A DNA stretch of 64,000 nucleotides, taken from positions 160,001-224,000 of the forward strand of contig CAVTHS010000007.1 in NCBI GenBank assembly GCA_963734535.1. The letters are read 5' to 3'. Below, piece by piece: positions 1 through 11,076 of the stretch. The position numbers and the translations under genes are program-made. Position 1 is the first letter of the stretch. Each line of letters begins with the position of its first letter. The stretch is from an uncultured Chloroflexia bacterium. Its GTDB lineage: Bacteria; Chloroflexota; Limnocylindria; Limnocylindrales; CSP1-4. Under the pieces are notes generated by a model, which had not been told where the DNA came from, did not search any database, and saw only the letters and a program-made list of their open reading frames with translations.

Positions 1-1
1 T

Positions 2-313
2 GTGCTGATCTGCCCGCTGCGCTACGGCACGGGGCTCAAGAACAAGGTGCTCGAGGCCGGGGCGATGGAGTGCGCGATCGTCGCATCGAGCATTGCCGTC
101 GAAGGCATCGCCTTCGAGGATCGCACCCATTACCTGCGAGCCTCGACGACGGCGGACTACGTGGCCAGGATTGGGGAGGCGGTTGCTCGGGACAAGGCCT
201 TTGGGTCGCTGTTGGGGCGAAACGCCAGGCAGGCAGTGCAGAGGAACTACAGCTGGGCGAACGAGGCGGCGAAGCTCGAGTCCATCCTTGCGCGGGTGGC
301 TTCGCGCACGTAG
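2..313 (+). CDS. Glycosyltransferase family 4 (GT-B), C-terminal fragment; 5' end outside window
   Basis: Motif 'PLRYGTGLKNKVLEAGAM..IVAS' and the ending 'NARQAVQRNYSW' are typical of GT4 C-termini. Confidence 0.85.
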   Translation: MLICPLRYGTGLKNKVLEAGAMECAIVASSIAVEGIAFEDRTHYLRASTTADYVARIGEAVARDKAFGSLLGRNARQAVQRNYSWANEAAKLESILARVASRT

Positions 314-341
314 TGCGCCGTCGCTCCCGTCCATCGGCTCC

Positions 342-1646
342 TCAGGCGGGCACTGACGGATCGGGGACTTCCACCAGCAGACCATGCTCGGCGAGCCGCT
401 CGGCCAAGGGGTGCAGGTCCGCCACGGGGACCCCGATGATGTCGCTGATGCCGATCAGGTCGTTCGAGCCGTCCGCGTAGGCAAGGAGATCCATCATCGC
501 CCGGACGATGTGGAATGTCTCTCGTGTGCCAAGCGTCGGATAGAGGCCCCGGCGGCCCAGCTGGGGTTCCCCGAGGCACGTGGTGCGATAGACCTTGTTG
601 CGCTCGAGGAGCTCGAGGCAGTCGCGCAGGATGGAGAAGCCGCCCTCGAGCCCGGCAGGCGTGACGAGGTCCAGGTCGTCCAGCGACGTGTGGTACTCGG
701 GGTACTCCTGGTACTTGGAGCGCATCACGGAGACCACGGGCAGATCGATCCCGGGACTGCAGTACTGGCGCTCGTCACTGCCGCGATCCAGGTAGGAGTA
801 GCGGGCAAAGCCGGGGTGCCTGGCGGTCAAGGCGTGGACCGCGACCCGGTCGGCAAGCGTCCCCCCGGTTCGCGACGGCAGGAAGGAGAACGCCCGCTCG
901 TCGCCGATGCAGGTCAGGTTGAAGCCCGCGACCGTGTTGGCCTTCATCTCCCCCAGGTGCGCCTGCAGGTACGTGAGCGATCCGATCGTCTCGGGAATGA
1001 AGACGATCCGGTACGTGAGCCGTCGCGGCCTGCTCGCGATCCATTTCGCCAGCCAGGTGGTCACGACCGGACCCGAGAGCTCGTTGTTGGCCATGGAGGG
1101 ATGGCAGACGTAGGTGGACAGGAGCACCTCCCGGGATGTGGCACCCGGGATGATCAGCTCCCCGTAGGTGAGGGATCCTGCCTTCAGCTCGCTGTCGATG
1201 ACCGCCCGGTATCGCCCGTCCTTCAGCGTCTGCCGCTGCGCGTGGGTCAGGCAGAAGCCCCAGCGTGGCTCGTAGTACGAGGTCACGTAGGGAATCGCGT
1301 CCGGCAGGCTCTCGAGCGAGTGCAGGTGCTCCTGCAACTCGGCCAGCGAAACGGTCGTATCCACGGGCACCGAGTAGCCGACCACGTGGAGGTTGTTGGC
1401 CCGAAAGTCGACGATCCGCTCACCGCGCTCGTCGAGGATGTACGCGTCCCGGATGTTCCATTCGAGTGGCACGGTCCAGTCGAAGACCGGGGTGCCGGAC
1501 GGGACCTCGTGGATCGTCAGGGGTATCTGCTCCCCGATGATCCTGAGCGTCTCCCGCACGCCGTCGCCGGTGATGCTCCGGCAGATCGGGAACAGGCGCG
1601 TCGCCAGCTCGTGCATCGCCGGGCCGCGGTCGTCAGAACCTTCCAT
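342..1646 (-). CDS. DUF4910 family aminopeptidase-like protein associated with polysaccharide biosynthesis
   Basis: '[17 protein letters not shown]', '[15 protein letters not shown]', '[16 protein letters not shown]', '[11 protein letters not shown]', C-terminal wHTH-like '[13 protein letters not shown]'. Confidence 0.85.
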   Translation of the reverse strand: MEGSDDRGPAMHELATRLFPICRSITGDGVRETLRIIGEQIPLTIHEVPSGTPVFDWTVPLEWNIRDAYILDERGERIVDFRANNLHVVGYSVPVDTTVSLAELQEHLHSLESLPDAIPYVTSYYEPRWGFCLTHAQRQTLKDGRYRAVIDSELKAGSLTYGELIIPGATSREVLLSTYVCHPSMANNELSGPVVTTWLAKWIASRPRRLTYRIVFIPETIGSLTYLQAHLGEMKANTVAGFNLTCIGDERAFSFLPSRTGGTLADRVAVHALTARHPGFARYSYLDRGSDERQYCSPGIDLPVVSVMRSKYQEYPEYHTSLDDLDLVTPAGLEGGFSILRDCLELLERNKVYRTTCLGEPQLGRRGLYPTLGTRETFHIVRAMMDLLAYADGSNDLIGISDIIGVPVADLHPLAERLAEHGLLVEVPDPSVPA

Positions 1647-2694
1647 CGCGCAGATCTTCCTGGGCTCGACGATAGTCCTCGTGCCGGCCCACGTCCTGCC
1701 AGTACTCGATGATCGGGAAGCCGGCGACGACCTGCCCTTCCTCCAGGAGACGGTGGATGAGGTCGGTCATGTCGAAGCGGCGGCCGCCCGGGATGTAGTC
1801 GCAGGCGCTGGGCTCGAGCAGGTAGATGCCGGCGTTGATGAGGAGCGTGAGGCGAGGCTTCTCCTTCAACTCCGTGACGCGGGCGTCATCGCATTCCACG
1901 ACGCCGAACGGCACCTGCACCTCGTGCACACGGACGCCCACGGTCAGCAACGCGCCGTGCTTCTGGTGGTAGCGCAGCATCTGCGGATAGGACACCCGCG
2001 TGAGGATGTCGCCGTTGATGACCAGGAACGGCCCGCCGGGCCTCTGGATGAGCTTCAGGCCTCCGGCCGTCCCCAGCGGCTGGTCTTCGTTCGAGTAGTT
2101 CATCCTGACCCCGAAGGCCCCGCCGTCACCGAAGTGCCCGACGATGCTCTCGGGCAGGTAGTGGGTGGTGAGGTGCACCTCGCGGATGCCGGAACGCCGC
2201 AATTGCTCGATCGTGCGCTCCAGCAGCGGGCGCTCGCCCACGGGCAGCATCGGCTTGGGCACGTGTTCGGTGAGGGGCAGCAGCCGCTTCCCGTAGCCAC
2301 CGGCCATGATCACGGCCGACAGGTCAGTGCTGACCTCGGCCACGAGGTTCTTGCGGAGGAGGAGGTCGAGGAGCATCCCCGTGTCATCGACCACGGGCAG
2401 ATGGTTGATGTCGTGCTGTAGCATGACCTCGGAGCGCTTCCGCCGCGGAGATGGTGCCGTCGGCGACGACCGGGCTCAGGATGGCGATCGTCTCGCTGGG
2501 TGCGTCGAGCGGGACCTTGCGCAAGATGGCGCGCCGGATGTCGCCGTCGGTCAGGAGACCGCGCAGCTGCGCCCGGGTGCGCACAGGACCAGCGCGCCGG
2601 TCCCCGCCCGGTCGAGTTGCGAGATGGCATCCGCGATCGACAGCTCGGGTGGCGCGATGACGCTGTCGAGGTACTCCTCCTGGGTGGCCTCCAT
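1633..2694 (-). CDS. CBS-domain sugar-phosphate nucleotidyltransferase (LegX/PtmE-like); two apparent frameshifts in the CBS part
   Basis: ATG at 2694 gives [28 protein letters not shown]; CBS '[13 protein letters not shown]' in a second frame; '[22 protein letters not shown]' and 'INAGIYLL' in 1633..2424. Confidence 0.85.
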
Positions 2695-2696
2695 GG

Positions 2697-4096
2697 TCAG
2701 CGCGGGCCGACCGGCGCGGCTGCGCTGTCCGCCGGGGCATTCAGCACGCGTCGCACGGACTGACCGGTGGCCGGATCGAGGTTGACGACGGTCGCCACGC
2801 CGATGGCGTTGTTGGCGGCGACCCCGATCGCACTCAGGGCCTGGAGCGGGAATGTCTCCTCGTCGAAGACGTAGCGCCAGCGGTGGAACGGCTCGTCGAT
2901 GTCGAGATTGTCGTGGTGGTAGGTGCCGGCCACGGTCTTGAGCGCCAGCCAGGGCTGGGGGCCGAAGGTCGCGACGGTCGACCGGATGTCCAGCGTGTGG
3001 CTCGCATCGCCGGTCGCGACGAGCGATACCTCGAGCTCGCAGGCCGGGGCGAGCGGGAGGTGCAGGGCTTCACGCATCGCCTCGATGGCCTCGCAGAACT
3101 TGACCGGCACGTCGGGGAAATCCCGTCCCACGCGCTCGAGCAGCCCGCGGACCCCGTCGACGTCGGGCCGGATGTCCCGGAAGTCGTGGTCGGTGAAGGC
3201 CAGTACCACGGGCCGCTCCTCCTGGGCTTCGCGGAAGGCCTGTCGCACGTGGTCCTCGGTGAGCAACCGGTATCGAGTGCCGACGTTGAGACAACGGCGA
3301 TCCACCGCCGGCAGGCGCCCGGTACCTGGTAGTCGTCGTGTGCCGGATGGTATGGCTCCCAGGTAGCGGGGGCGCGGCGCCAGTCGCCCCAACGACCGTC
3401 CTCAAGGCCGGACTGAGCCCTGTCCTCTTCGGAGGGCGTTGTCGCCTGACTGGAGAGATCGAACGGGATGAACTGCTCGAGAAACCAGTGACTGTCGGGG
3501 CGGATGACATGAAATCCGGCTCGATGGGCGGCTGGGAACCACTGCCTGTCGATGACCCGACGGCAGAGGATCTGCTGCAGGCTGTCGGAAGACGCCCACC
3601 AGTGGGAGGCGCAGCGATGAGCCTCTCGCCGGAAGTTGTGGGGGTGATAGTGGAAGTGCACGCCATCGCGCGACGAAGCCAAGTCCCGGACCAATCCTCA
3701 GGTAGTGGTCGAAGACGTTGTGATAGCCGATGTCCCGTCGCCTGGGGTTGGCGTCGTAGTCGACATGGTCCACGCAGAACCAGTTGTAGACCCAGCCGTG
3801 ACCTTCGGAATCGAGCGTGCGATCACGAAAGCCGGTCGACATGCACTCGGCCAGCATTTCGTCGACCTTGTCCCAGGTGTCGTTGTAGGCCAGCAGGTGA
3901 GGGTCTACCACCTTCCGGACGGCCGTCTCGTTGCCGCCTAGGTCGACCTCGCCGGCCTGCAGGCGGCGAAGCAAGGCGGCGCTGGGCTCGAGGTCGAACC
4001 CGAAGATCGACTTAGACGCTCGAAGGTGGCCTCTACCGACTCGTGGAGAGGACCCTCAGTATCGATGCAGTGGACGACGTGAACGGCGCTTGCCAT
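2697..4096 (-). CDS. Conserved hypothetical protein, possibly polysaccharide-deacetylase-like; split over several frames
   Basis: Stitched reading MASAVHVVHCIDTEGPLHE...YNWFCVDHVDY...HFHYHP...FPAAHRAGFH...WGDWRRAP...LAFTDHDFRD from ORFs 3402..3974, 2834..3694 and 2697..3392. Confidence 0.6.
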
Positions 4097-4124
4097 CGCG
4101 CTCCTCGGGCCGGGGGCTCCCGGC

Positions 4125-5177
4125 CTATTCGAGATCCTCCCAGCGGATCACTTGGTCTTCTACCACATCATCGGCAAGTCTGCGCCCGACTACATAGCGA
4201 AGTTCGTCCGGGCCGATGCCGGTGCCCGGGCGCTTCGCGTCGACGTCGTGCTCGGTCAGGACGTGCCCGGCCGGCAGCGGCTCGCGGGCCACCAGGCTCC
4301 TCCTGAACTGCCTGCGCTTCTCGAACTCCGCCTCGGTCACCGTCCGCCGGGCGCTTCCCAGGGCCTGGAAGACCTCGCGCCCTTCGTCCACGATGGTGCG
4401 CATCTCCCGCGGATCGGCCGAGATGGCATGGTCCCAGCCCTCCATGTCCTTGTCGAGGGTGAAGTGCTTCTCGATGAAGCAGGCGCCCAGGGCGATGGCG
4501 GCCAGGGGGATGGAGGTCCCCAGGGTGTGGTCGCTGAAGCCCACCGGCACCTCGAAGGCTTCGCGCAGCGTGGCCATGTTGCGCAGATGGATGGTCGCCG
4601 GGTCCGGGGGGTAGATGGAGACGCAGTGGAGCAGGACGATCTGCTCGTTGCCCTGCGCCCGAACGGTCTCCACCGCCTGTTCGATCTCCCCGAGGGCGGC
4701 CATCCCCGTGGAGATCACGACGGGCCGTTGCTTCGCGGCGACGTGGGCCAGGAGCGGGAGGTTGGTGACGTCCATCGAGGCGAGCTTGATGAACGGCACG
4801 TCGAGTTCGTCCAGCAGGTCGGCCTCGCCGGGCGAGAACGCGCTCGAGCAGAAGGCGATGCCTCGGCTTTGGCAATGTTCCCAGGCTTCGCGATGCTGCT
4901 CGGGGGTGAGCTGATAGGCCCTCACCATCTCGCGCAGCGAACCGAAGTGCTTCTTCTTGTCGGAGTACTCGGGATTCCGGTCGTACTCTTCGCGCGCGAT
5001 GAGGGACGACTCACTCCACGACTGGAACTTGACCGCGTGCGCACCGGCGTCGGCGGCGGCGTCGATCAGCTGGCGGCAGAGGTCCATGTCGCCGTTGTGG
5101 TTGGAGCCCACCTCGGCAACGATGTAGGGGGGGTCGCCCTCGCCGACGGACACGTTCCCCAGGCTCACGGTCTTCAT
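4125..5177 (-). CDS. neuB: N-acetylneuraminate synthase family (NeuB/LegI/PseI) with C-terminal SAF domain
   Basis: 'YIVAEVGSNHNGD', 'AVKFQ', 'LLHCVSIYP', 'GFSDHTLG', 'IEKHFTLD', 'KRPGTGI'; ATG at 5177 preceded by aggag. Confidence 0.93.
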   Translation of the reverse strand: MKTVSLGNVSVGEGDPPYIVAEVGSNHNGDMDLCRQLIDAAADAGAHAVKFQSWSESSLIAREEYDRNPEYSDKKKHFGSLREMVRAYQLTPEQHREAWEHCQSRGIAFCSSAFSPGEADLLDELDVPFIKLASMDVTNLPLLAHVAAKQRPVVISTGMAALGEIEQAVETVRAQGNEQIVLLHCVSIYPPDPATIHLRNMATLREAFEVPVGFSDHTLGTSIPLAAIALGACFIEKHFTLDKDMEGWDHAISADPREMRTIVDEGREVFQALGSARRTVTEAEFEKRRQFRRSLVAREPLPAGHVLTEHDVDAKRPGTGIGPDELRYVVGRRLADDVVEDQVIRWEDLE

Positions 5178-6099
5178 GTTGGCTCCTTCCGGGTGGTCCA
5201 AAGATGCCGCAGGGCGGGGTAGGCAACGCACGACCACCAGAGCGGTGCCGGGGCCGCGGCATTCAGCGCCATGACGTATCGCTCGAGCTTGTCCTCGTCC
5301 AATGCGACGCGTCGGTAGAAGGCCTCGATGTCGGCCGTCACTTCGCGGACCCGGGCAAGGCGGTCGGGCAGGGCACCGGCCAGGGGGTGGTCCCGGAGGA
5401 TCTGGAAGTGTCTGCGGACCAGCTCCGTGTCGGAGCGGACCCGGTCCGGCGTGAAGGGCAGGCGGGTGCGCGCCATGTTCGCCCCGTGCTGGCGGTAGTC
5501 CATCCGCGCCACCGGGTCGAAGGCCAGCCGCGCCCCGCACAGCCAGGCCCGCGTGACGAGGTACCAGTCCACGAGGGCCGCCTCGGCCGGGATCGGCAGG
5601 CAACGCCCGAGTACGTCGGAGCGGAACGCGCTGTTCGAGAGGCCGTAGACGTTGTGGCGAGGCAGGACGTCGGCCGGTGCGGCGTCGGGCGGGAGCCCGA
5701 GCGACGAGCCGAGAGGGCGGCCGTCTTCGTCGACCAGGCGCAGGGCGCAGCCGGTGACGTCGCTGTCGCGGAGGCCCCGGCGGGCCGCCGCGACGCGGGT
5801 GGGGTGCAGCACGTCGTCGCTGTCCACGAGGACCACCGCGTCGCAGTGCTCGACGATCCGGGCCAAGGCTCCCTGGCGCACCTGGGCCGGTGTGTCGCCG
5901 GCGCAGGCCGGCACCCAGGTCGCCGGCGGACGGGTCCCCAGGGTCTCCTCGACGGCCTCGATCTCCAGCCCGTCCAGGCCGATCCACAGCTGGAAGTCCG
6001 TGTCGGTCTGGCGCTGCACCGACTCGTACCAGTCGGGCAGGAAGCGCTCGACGCCCGGGTAGACGGTCGTGTAGAGTGCCAGCGTGCCCTGGCAGTCAT
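5174..6099 (-). CDS. Glycosyltransferase family 2/A-like; probable frameshift near the start
   Basis: 'LALYTTVYPGVERFLPDWYESVQRQTD', DxD-like 'LVDSDD', 'YRQHGAN'. Confidence 0.7.
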
Positions 6100-6828
6100 C
6101 CGGCGGGATCCGGCTCCGGACCGGGCCGGCCGTCGGAGGCGAGCCCCATCAGGACGTCGGCCAGCAGCCAGTCGTCCTCGGTGTCGATGTCGAGCCCGTG
6201 CGTCCAGTGGATCTCCCAGCCCGTCCTGCCCGCCAGGTGGAAGGTCCCCTCGCGCCGCAGCGCGTCGGTCGTGGCCCACCAGACGGCGCCCGTCGGGCAG
6301 AAGAGCTCCGGCAGGTCCTGGCTGCGCTGCGTCATCGCCTCCGCGAAGAGCGGTGCGATAGTCAGGTCGGACGCGCGGCGCATCGCCCACCAGGGGTTCT
6401 GCCAGCCGTAGCGCACGACCGAGATCTGCGCCGCGGCCTGGTCTCGACGAACTGCCGATGGCTGGCGACGACGTCGTCGGCGGTGCGCAGCGGACAGTTG
6501 GGCATCAGCTGGCACACCTGCTCGTACGCCTGCCCTGCCGGGCCGAGGCGCTCGAGGACGTCGATCGTCGCCCGCGAGACGGGCGTCATGTCGTCGGCCA
6601 GGGCGGGGTCGCGCAGGAAGGGCACCTCAGCGCCGTGGCCCGGGCGATCTCGGCGATCTCGGCGCTGTCCGTCGTCACGACCACCCGGTCGAAGAGGCCG
6701 CTCTCGACGGCCGCCTCGACCGTGTAGGCGAGCAGCGGCCGGCCCTGCATGGGCCGCACGTTCTTGCGCGGGACCCGCTTCGAGCCTCCCCGGGCGGGGA
6801 TCACCGCGAGGCGCGCCGTCGCGCTCAA
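6096..6828 (-). CDS. neuA: Acylneuraminate (CMP-nonulosonate) cytidylyltransferase; frameshifted
   Basis: 'AVIPARGGSKRVPRKNVR', 'VVTTDS', 'EVPFLRDPALADD', 'LMPNCPLR', 'DIDTEDDW' spread over three frames. Confidence 0.88.
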
Positions 6829-7462
6829 CCGATCCTCCTGGCGGGACGCCCGCGTACGTGCCCGGGACGGCGATGTCGGCCGTGACCACCGCTCCGGCAC
6901 CGATGAGGCAGCCGTCCGCGATGCGCACGCCGTGGATGACCACGGCTCCCGCTCCGACGAAGGAGTGGCTCCCGATCGTGACTCCGCCGCTGACCGTGGC
7001 CCCGGGAGCGATGTGGACGTTGTCGCCGAGGCGACAGTCGTGCTCCAGGGTGGCGTTGGTGTTGACGATGCAGGCGGCGCCGGTCGTGACGCCGGTGTTG
7101 ACCACCGCCCCGTCGAAGACGACCGTGCCGGCGCCAAGCTCGACCTCGATGTTCACGACGGCGTCCGGTGAGACGATGACGGGGAACTGGTACCCCAGGG
7201 ATTCGAGCTGCCCTGGAGCGCGGCGCGCCGCGACGAGGCGTCGACCTTGCCCACGCCCATGATCGCCGCGCAGCCGGGGTGGCCGCGAGCACGTCCGGAA
7301 GCACGCGGTCGTCGCCCAGGCAGGAAGCGCCCAGGAGGACGCCGACGTCGCGGGAGTCCGTGTAGCCGGCGATGTCCAGGGAAGCTTTCGCAGGACGCTG
7401 ATGAGCACCTTGGCGTGGCCGCCCCCGCCGATGACGACGATCGTGCGTTCCTTTCGGCTCAT
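6825..7462 (-). CDS. neuD: NeuD/PglD-family hexapeptide-repeat sugar acetyltransferase; frameshifted
   Basis: 'IVVIGGGGHAKVL' and hexapeptide repeats 'IVNTNATLEHDCRLGDNVHIAPGATVSGGVTIG'. Confidence 0.85.
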
Positions 7463-8863
7463 CGCTCCACCCTCCCAGGCGCACATCGGGCCGCGGAAGC
7501 CGTCCCTGGGTCCGGCGCGCTCGCTTCGCTGTCCGCGCTGCAGGTGCACGATGAGCAGGTAGCTCACCACCATGAAGACCACGCGGCCGACCAGCATCGC
7601 CTGGGGGAAGGCGGTGAGCTGGACCGTGTCGCGGGTCAGGAGCAGAAGGCGCCACGTAGGCGGCGATCCCGAGGGCCAGGGCGGCCAGGTACATGTCCTG
7701 GCGCCGGACGACGTTGAAGACCGAGTCCAGCGGCCGGAAGCTGCTCACCAAGGGAAGCAGAAGTGCCCACTGCATGGCCGGAACCGCGTCCACGTACTGC
7801 GGGATCACGAAGTCGCACGAGCGGCTCGGCCGCGAACCAGCCGACCACGGCCACCACGGACAGGCCTGCGCATGTTGCCAACATCGGCTTGATCGCGATC
7901 CGGACGAGATGTCGGTGTTGCGCCCGGCCCCGTACTCCTGGGCCATGCGCGGGTAGAGCACCTGCGCCACCGCGGCCGGGACGACCTCCAAGGCGGAGAT
8001 GGCCACCAGTACCATGGCGTAGAGCCCCATGCCCTGGGTGTCCCGTGAAGCTGAGCACCAGAGTGGAGTTGATCACGCCCGTCCAGAGGCCGTAGACCTG
8101 CCCAACGGCGAAGATCGGTGCGCCGATCATGAACAGGTGCCTCAGGTCGGCCCAGTCCCAGCGCGGGCCTACCCGCACCGGTCGCCAGCGGAAGAGCAGC
8201 GCAGTGCTGGTCGCGCCCGCGAGCACCACGCGTAGGCAGAGTCCGTAGAAGCCCAGAAGGGCCACAAGCGCCAGCCCGACCAGGCCCGGCGGCCCCCTCG
8301 GCCACGTTCGACCCGGGCCAGCCTGACGAAGTCGTGCGAGCTGCGAAAGGTCATCTGCAGGTAGCCAGTGCCGAAGAAGATGAACATCGCCAGGATCGCG
8401 TTGGTGAACCAGCCGGCGGCCTGTCAGCAGCTCGCCATGGGCCAGCTGCCAGATCGCCACTCCCGTCAGGCCGGCGAAGACCACCGCACCCACCGCCAGC
8501 GCCCAGGCCTGGGCCGCGGAGGCGAGGCTGTGGGCCCGTTCGATGTCGCCCTTGCCCATGTAGAACGGCAGTTCGCGGTTGAGCCCGTTGAGGATGCCCA
8601 ACTGCGCGATGGACGCGTAGCCCAGCACCAGGCCGATGCCGGCGAAGAGACCCAGGGTGGAGGGCGCCACCAGCCGCCCCAGGAGGACGCCACCGGCCAG
8701 GCGCATGGCCATCGCCACGAGGTTGCCGCCGGCCAGCGAGCCGGCCAGGAAGAGGACCGACCGGCGTGGCGCCGCCCGGGGTCGTTCGAGCCTCGGCGGG
8801 AGTTCCGTGGACTCGGCCGGGTTTACCAGGCTCGAGGTAGCGACCGTCGATCAGAGGGTCCAT
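7459..8863 (-). CDS. Wzx-type polysaccharide flippase (MOP superfamily); multiple frameshifts
   Basis: Many TM segments over several frames: 'QLGILNGLNRELP', 'LFMIGAPIF', 'MGLYAM...QVLYPRMAQEYG'. Confidence 0.75.
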
Positions 8864-8872
8864 TGCGGCCGC

Positions 8873-10045
8873 CTAGTTCTCGTCTTTGGTGGCAGGATCA
8901 GCCGGCGGGGCCTGAGGCCGCGGGTCCGTCTCGTCGATGAGCGCCACCACGTCGGCGATCTGCTCGGGTGTGAGCGAGAGGGAGCACGGCAGGTTGAGCA
9001 GCGTGTCATAGAAGCGCGGGGCGTTGCTGATCTGGTAGGCCTGCATGTCCAGGTACGGCTTCTGCAGGTGGTTGGGATACCAGAGCGGGCGCACCTGGAC
9101 GTCGGCGGCCGCACAGGCTGCCAGCAGTCGGGCTTGATGTCGGCGCTGTAGCAGAGGAACCCGTAGAACCAGCGGTTCGCCTCGCTCCACGCGGGCTGCT
9201 GCACCAGGCGCGCCGGACCCAGCGCCTGCTCGTACAGGGCGAAGTTGGCGCGCTTGGTCGCGATGCGCTCGTCCAAGGTTCTCCAGCTGCGCAAGGCCGA
9301 TGGCGGCCAGGACGTTGTTCATGCGGTAGTTGTAGCCGACGCTGTTGTGGATGTACTCCACTCCGTCCTCTTTGGCCTGCGTGGTGAGGTAGCGCGCCTG
9401 CCGGGCTACCTCGTCGTCGTTGGTGAGTATCGCGCCCCCACCGCCGGTGGTGACGATCTTGTTGCCGTTGAAGCTCAGGCAGCCGATGGCCGCGAGACCG
9501 CCGCACTTCCTGCCCTTGTAGAGCGAGCCGAGCGATTCGCTGGCGTCCTCCACGACCGCCAGGCCGTATTCGGCCGCCAGTTCCAGGAGCGGGTCCATGT
9601 CGACCGAGGTGCCGAAGACATGCACCGGTACGATGGCAGCGAGTCTTCGGCCCGAACTGCGGTTGGTCGTGCGGCCGTCACGCACGGTGCATTCCTCGGC
9701 CAGGAAGCGCCGCACGGCCTCCACGTCCAGGTTGCAGTACTGGTCGCAGTCCACGAACACCGGCCAGGCGTCCACGTAGCGGACCGCATTGACCGGGGCG
9801 ATGAAGGTCACCGCGGGCACGATGACCTCGTCTCCGGGCTGCACGCCCGAGAGCATGAGCGAGATGTGTATGGCCGAGGTGCCGCAGTTGCAGGCGACCG
9901 CGTGCTTGACGCCGATGTAGTCGGCCAGTATCTCCTCCATCCGCCACACGTACTCGCCGTTCGCCGAGATCCATTTGGTGGCGATGCAGCGGGTGATGTA
10001 TTCGAGTTCGTGCTGGCCTAGGGTAGGCTCGGACAGTGGGATCAT
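8873..10045 (-). CDS. legC: LegC-like DegT/DnrJ/EryC1/StrS sugar aminotransferase; frameshifts in the C-terminal part
   Basis: 'MIPLSEP', 'GTSAIHISL', 'VVEDASESLGS', PLP-lysine motif 'SFNGNKIVTTGGGG', 'GYNYRM', 'LNLPCS'. Confidence 0.85.
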   Translation of the reverse strand: MIPLSEPTLGQHELEYITRCIATKWISANGEYVWRMEEILADYIGVKHAVACNCGTSAIHISLMLSGVQPGDEVIVPAVTFIAPVNAVRYVDAWPVFVDCDQYCNLDVEAVRRFLAEECTVRDGRTTNRSSGRRLAAIVPVHVFGTSVDMDPLLELAAEYGLAVVEDASESLGSLYKGRKCGGLAAIGCLSFNGNKIVTTGGGGAILTNDDEVARQARYLTTQAKEDGVEYIHNSVGYNYRMNNVLAAIGLAQLENLGRAHRDQARQLRPVRAGAGSGAPGAAARVERGEPLVLRVPLLQRRHQARLLAACAAADVQVRPLWYPNHLQKPYLDMQAYQISNAPRFYDTLLNLPCSLSLTPEQIADVVALIDETDPRPQAPPADPATKDEN

Positions 10046-10055
10046 GGGTCGCTCG

Positions 10056-11021
10056 CTACGAGTTGGTGTACCTCGCCGCGTAGGGGTCGGTGATGAGGCC
10101 GTCCTTGAGCGCGACGGCGATCTCCCGGATGCCGTCCGGCAGGCGCATCTTCGGGACGAACCCGAACGCGCCTATCCGATCGAAGCACACCCGGTAGTCA
10201 CGAGGGTCTTCGTCTCTCTCGACGTAGCGGAGCTTAACGGGGATCTGGGCGGCCACTTCCTCGGCGATCATGCGCTTCTGATAGTTCTCGTCGTTGGCGC
10301 CCACATTGAAGGTTCGGCGGGCCACCAGGCCGCGATCCGACTCGAGGATCAGGGCGACGGCGCCGGCGATGTCGCGCACGTGGCAGTAGGGGCGCCAGAA
10401 CTGCGGACCGAAGATCTCGAGCTCTCCCTTCAGCAGGGCATCGCGGGTGAACTCGTTGATCGTCAGGTCGAAGCGGGGGCGGAGCGAAAGCCCGTAGACG
10501 GTCGCGAAGCGCAGGATGGTGAAGTCGACGGACGTCTGGCGCTGGAGGAGATGCTCCTCGAACTGGACCTTCAGCTGGGCGTAGAGGCTGACCGGCCGGA
10601 GCGGGGCCTCCTCGTCGAGGAGCGCATCGGACTCCATCTTTCCGTAGTTGCTGCAGGTGGAGGCAAAGACGAAGCGGCCCACGCCGTGCCGCTCGCAGCG
10701 TTCAAGGAGGCTCTTCGAGCCTTCCCAGATGGTCCGGGTGGCCAGTTCGGGCTGCGCTTTGCAGGCGGGATCGCCGACGATCGAAGCCAGGTGCACCACC
10801 GCATCGAACCGTGCTCGGCGAACAGGCGTGCCAGCTCGGCAGGGACGCAGATGTCGGTCTTGCGGAACGTGAAAGCTGCCGTGCGACAGGAGGTCGAGCA
10901 GGGATTCGCCGCCGAAGAGCAGGGCGTCCGCGACGACCACTTGGTGGCCGCGCGAAAGCAGTTCGCGGGATACCATCGATCCGACATAGCCCGCACCGCC
11001 GGTGACCAGGACCGTGCTCAC
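10056..11021 (-). CDS. NAD-dependent epimerase/dehydratase (extended SDR); short compensated frameshift near 10800-10870
   Basis: 'VLVTGGAGYVGS', 'ASTCSNYG', YxxxK 'YAQLK', 'LRFATVYG', 'WRPYCHVRD'. Confidence 0.9.
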   Translation of the reverse strand: MSTVLVTGGAGYVGSMVSRELLSRGHQVVVADALLFGGESLLDLLSHGSFHVPQDRHLRPCRAGTPVRRARFDAVVHLASIVGDPACKAQPELATRTIWEGSKSLLERCERHGVGRFVFASTCSNYGKMESDALLDEEAPLRPVSLYAQLKVQFEEHLLQRQTSVDFTILRFATVYGLSLRPRFDLTINEFTRDALLKGELEIFGPQFWRPYCHVRDIAGAVALILESDRGLVARRTFNVGANDENYQKRMIAEEVAAQIPVKLRYVERDEDPRDYRVCFDRIGAFGFVPKMRLPDGIREIAVALKDGLITDPYAARYTNS

Positions 11022-11076
11022 GCTACCTCCATTGCGCACGCTGGACTACATCGACCGCGACCAGGCAGTCTAACAG

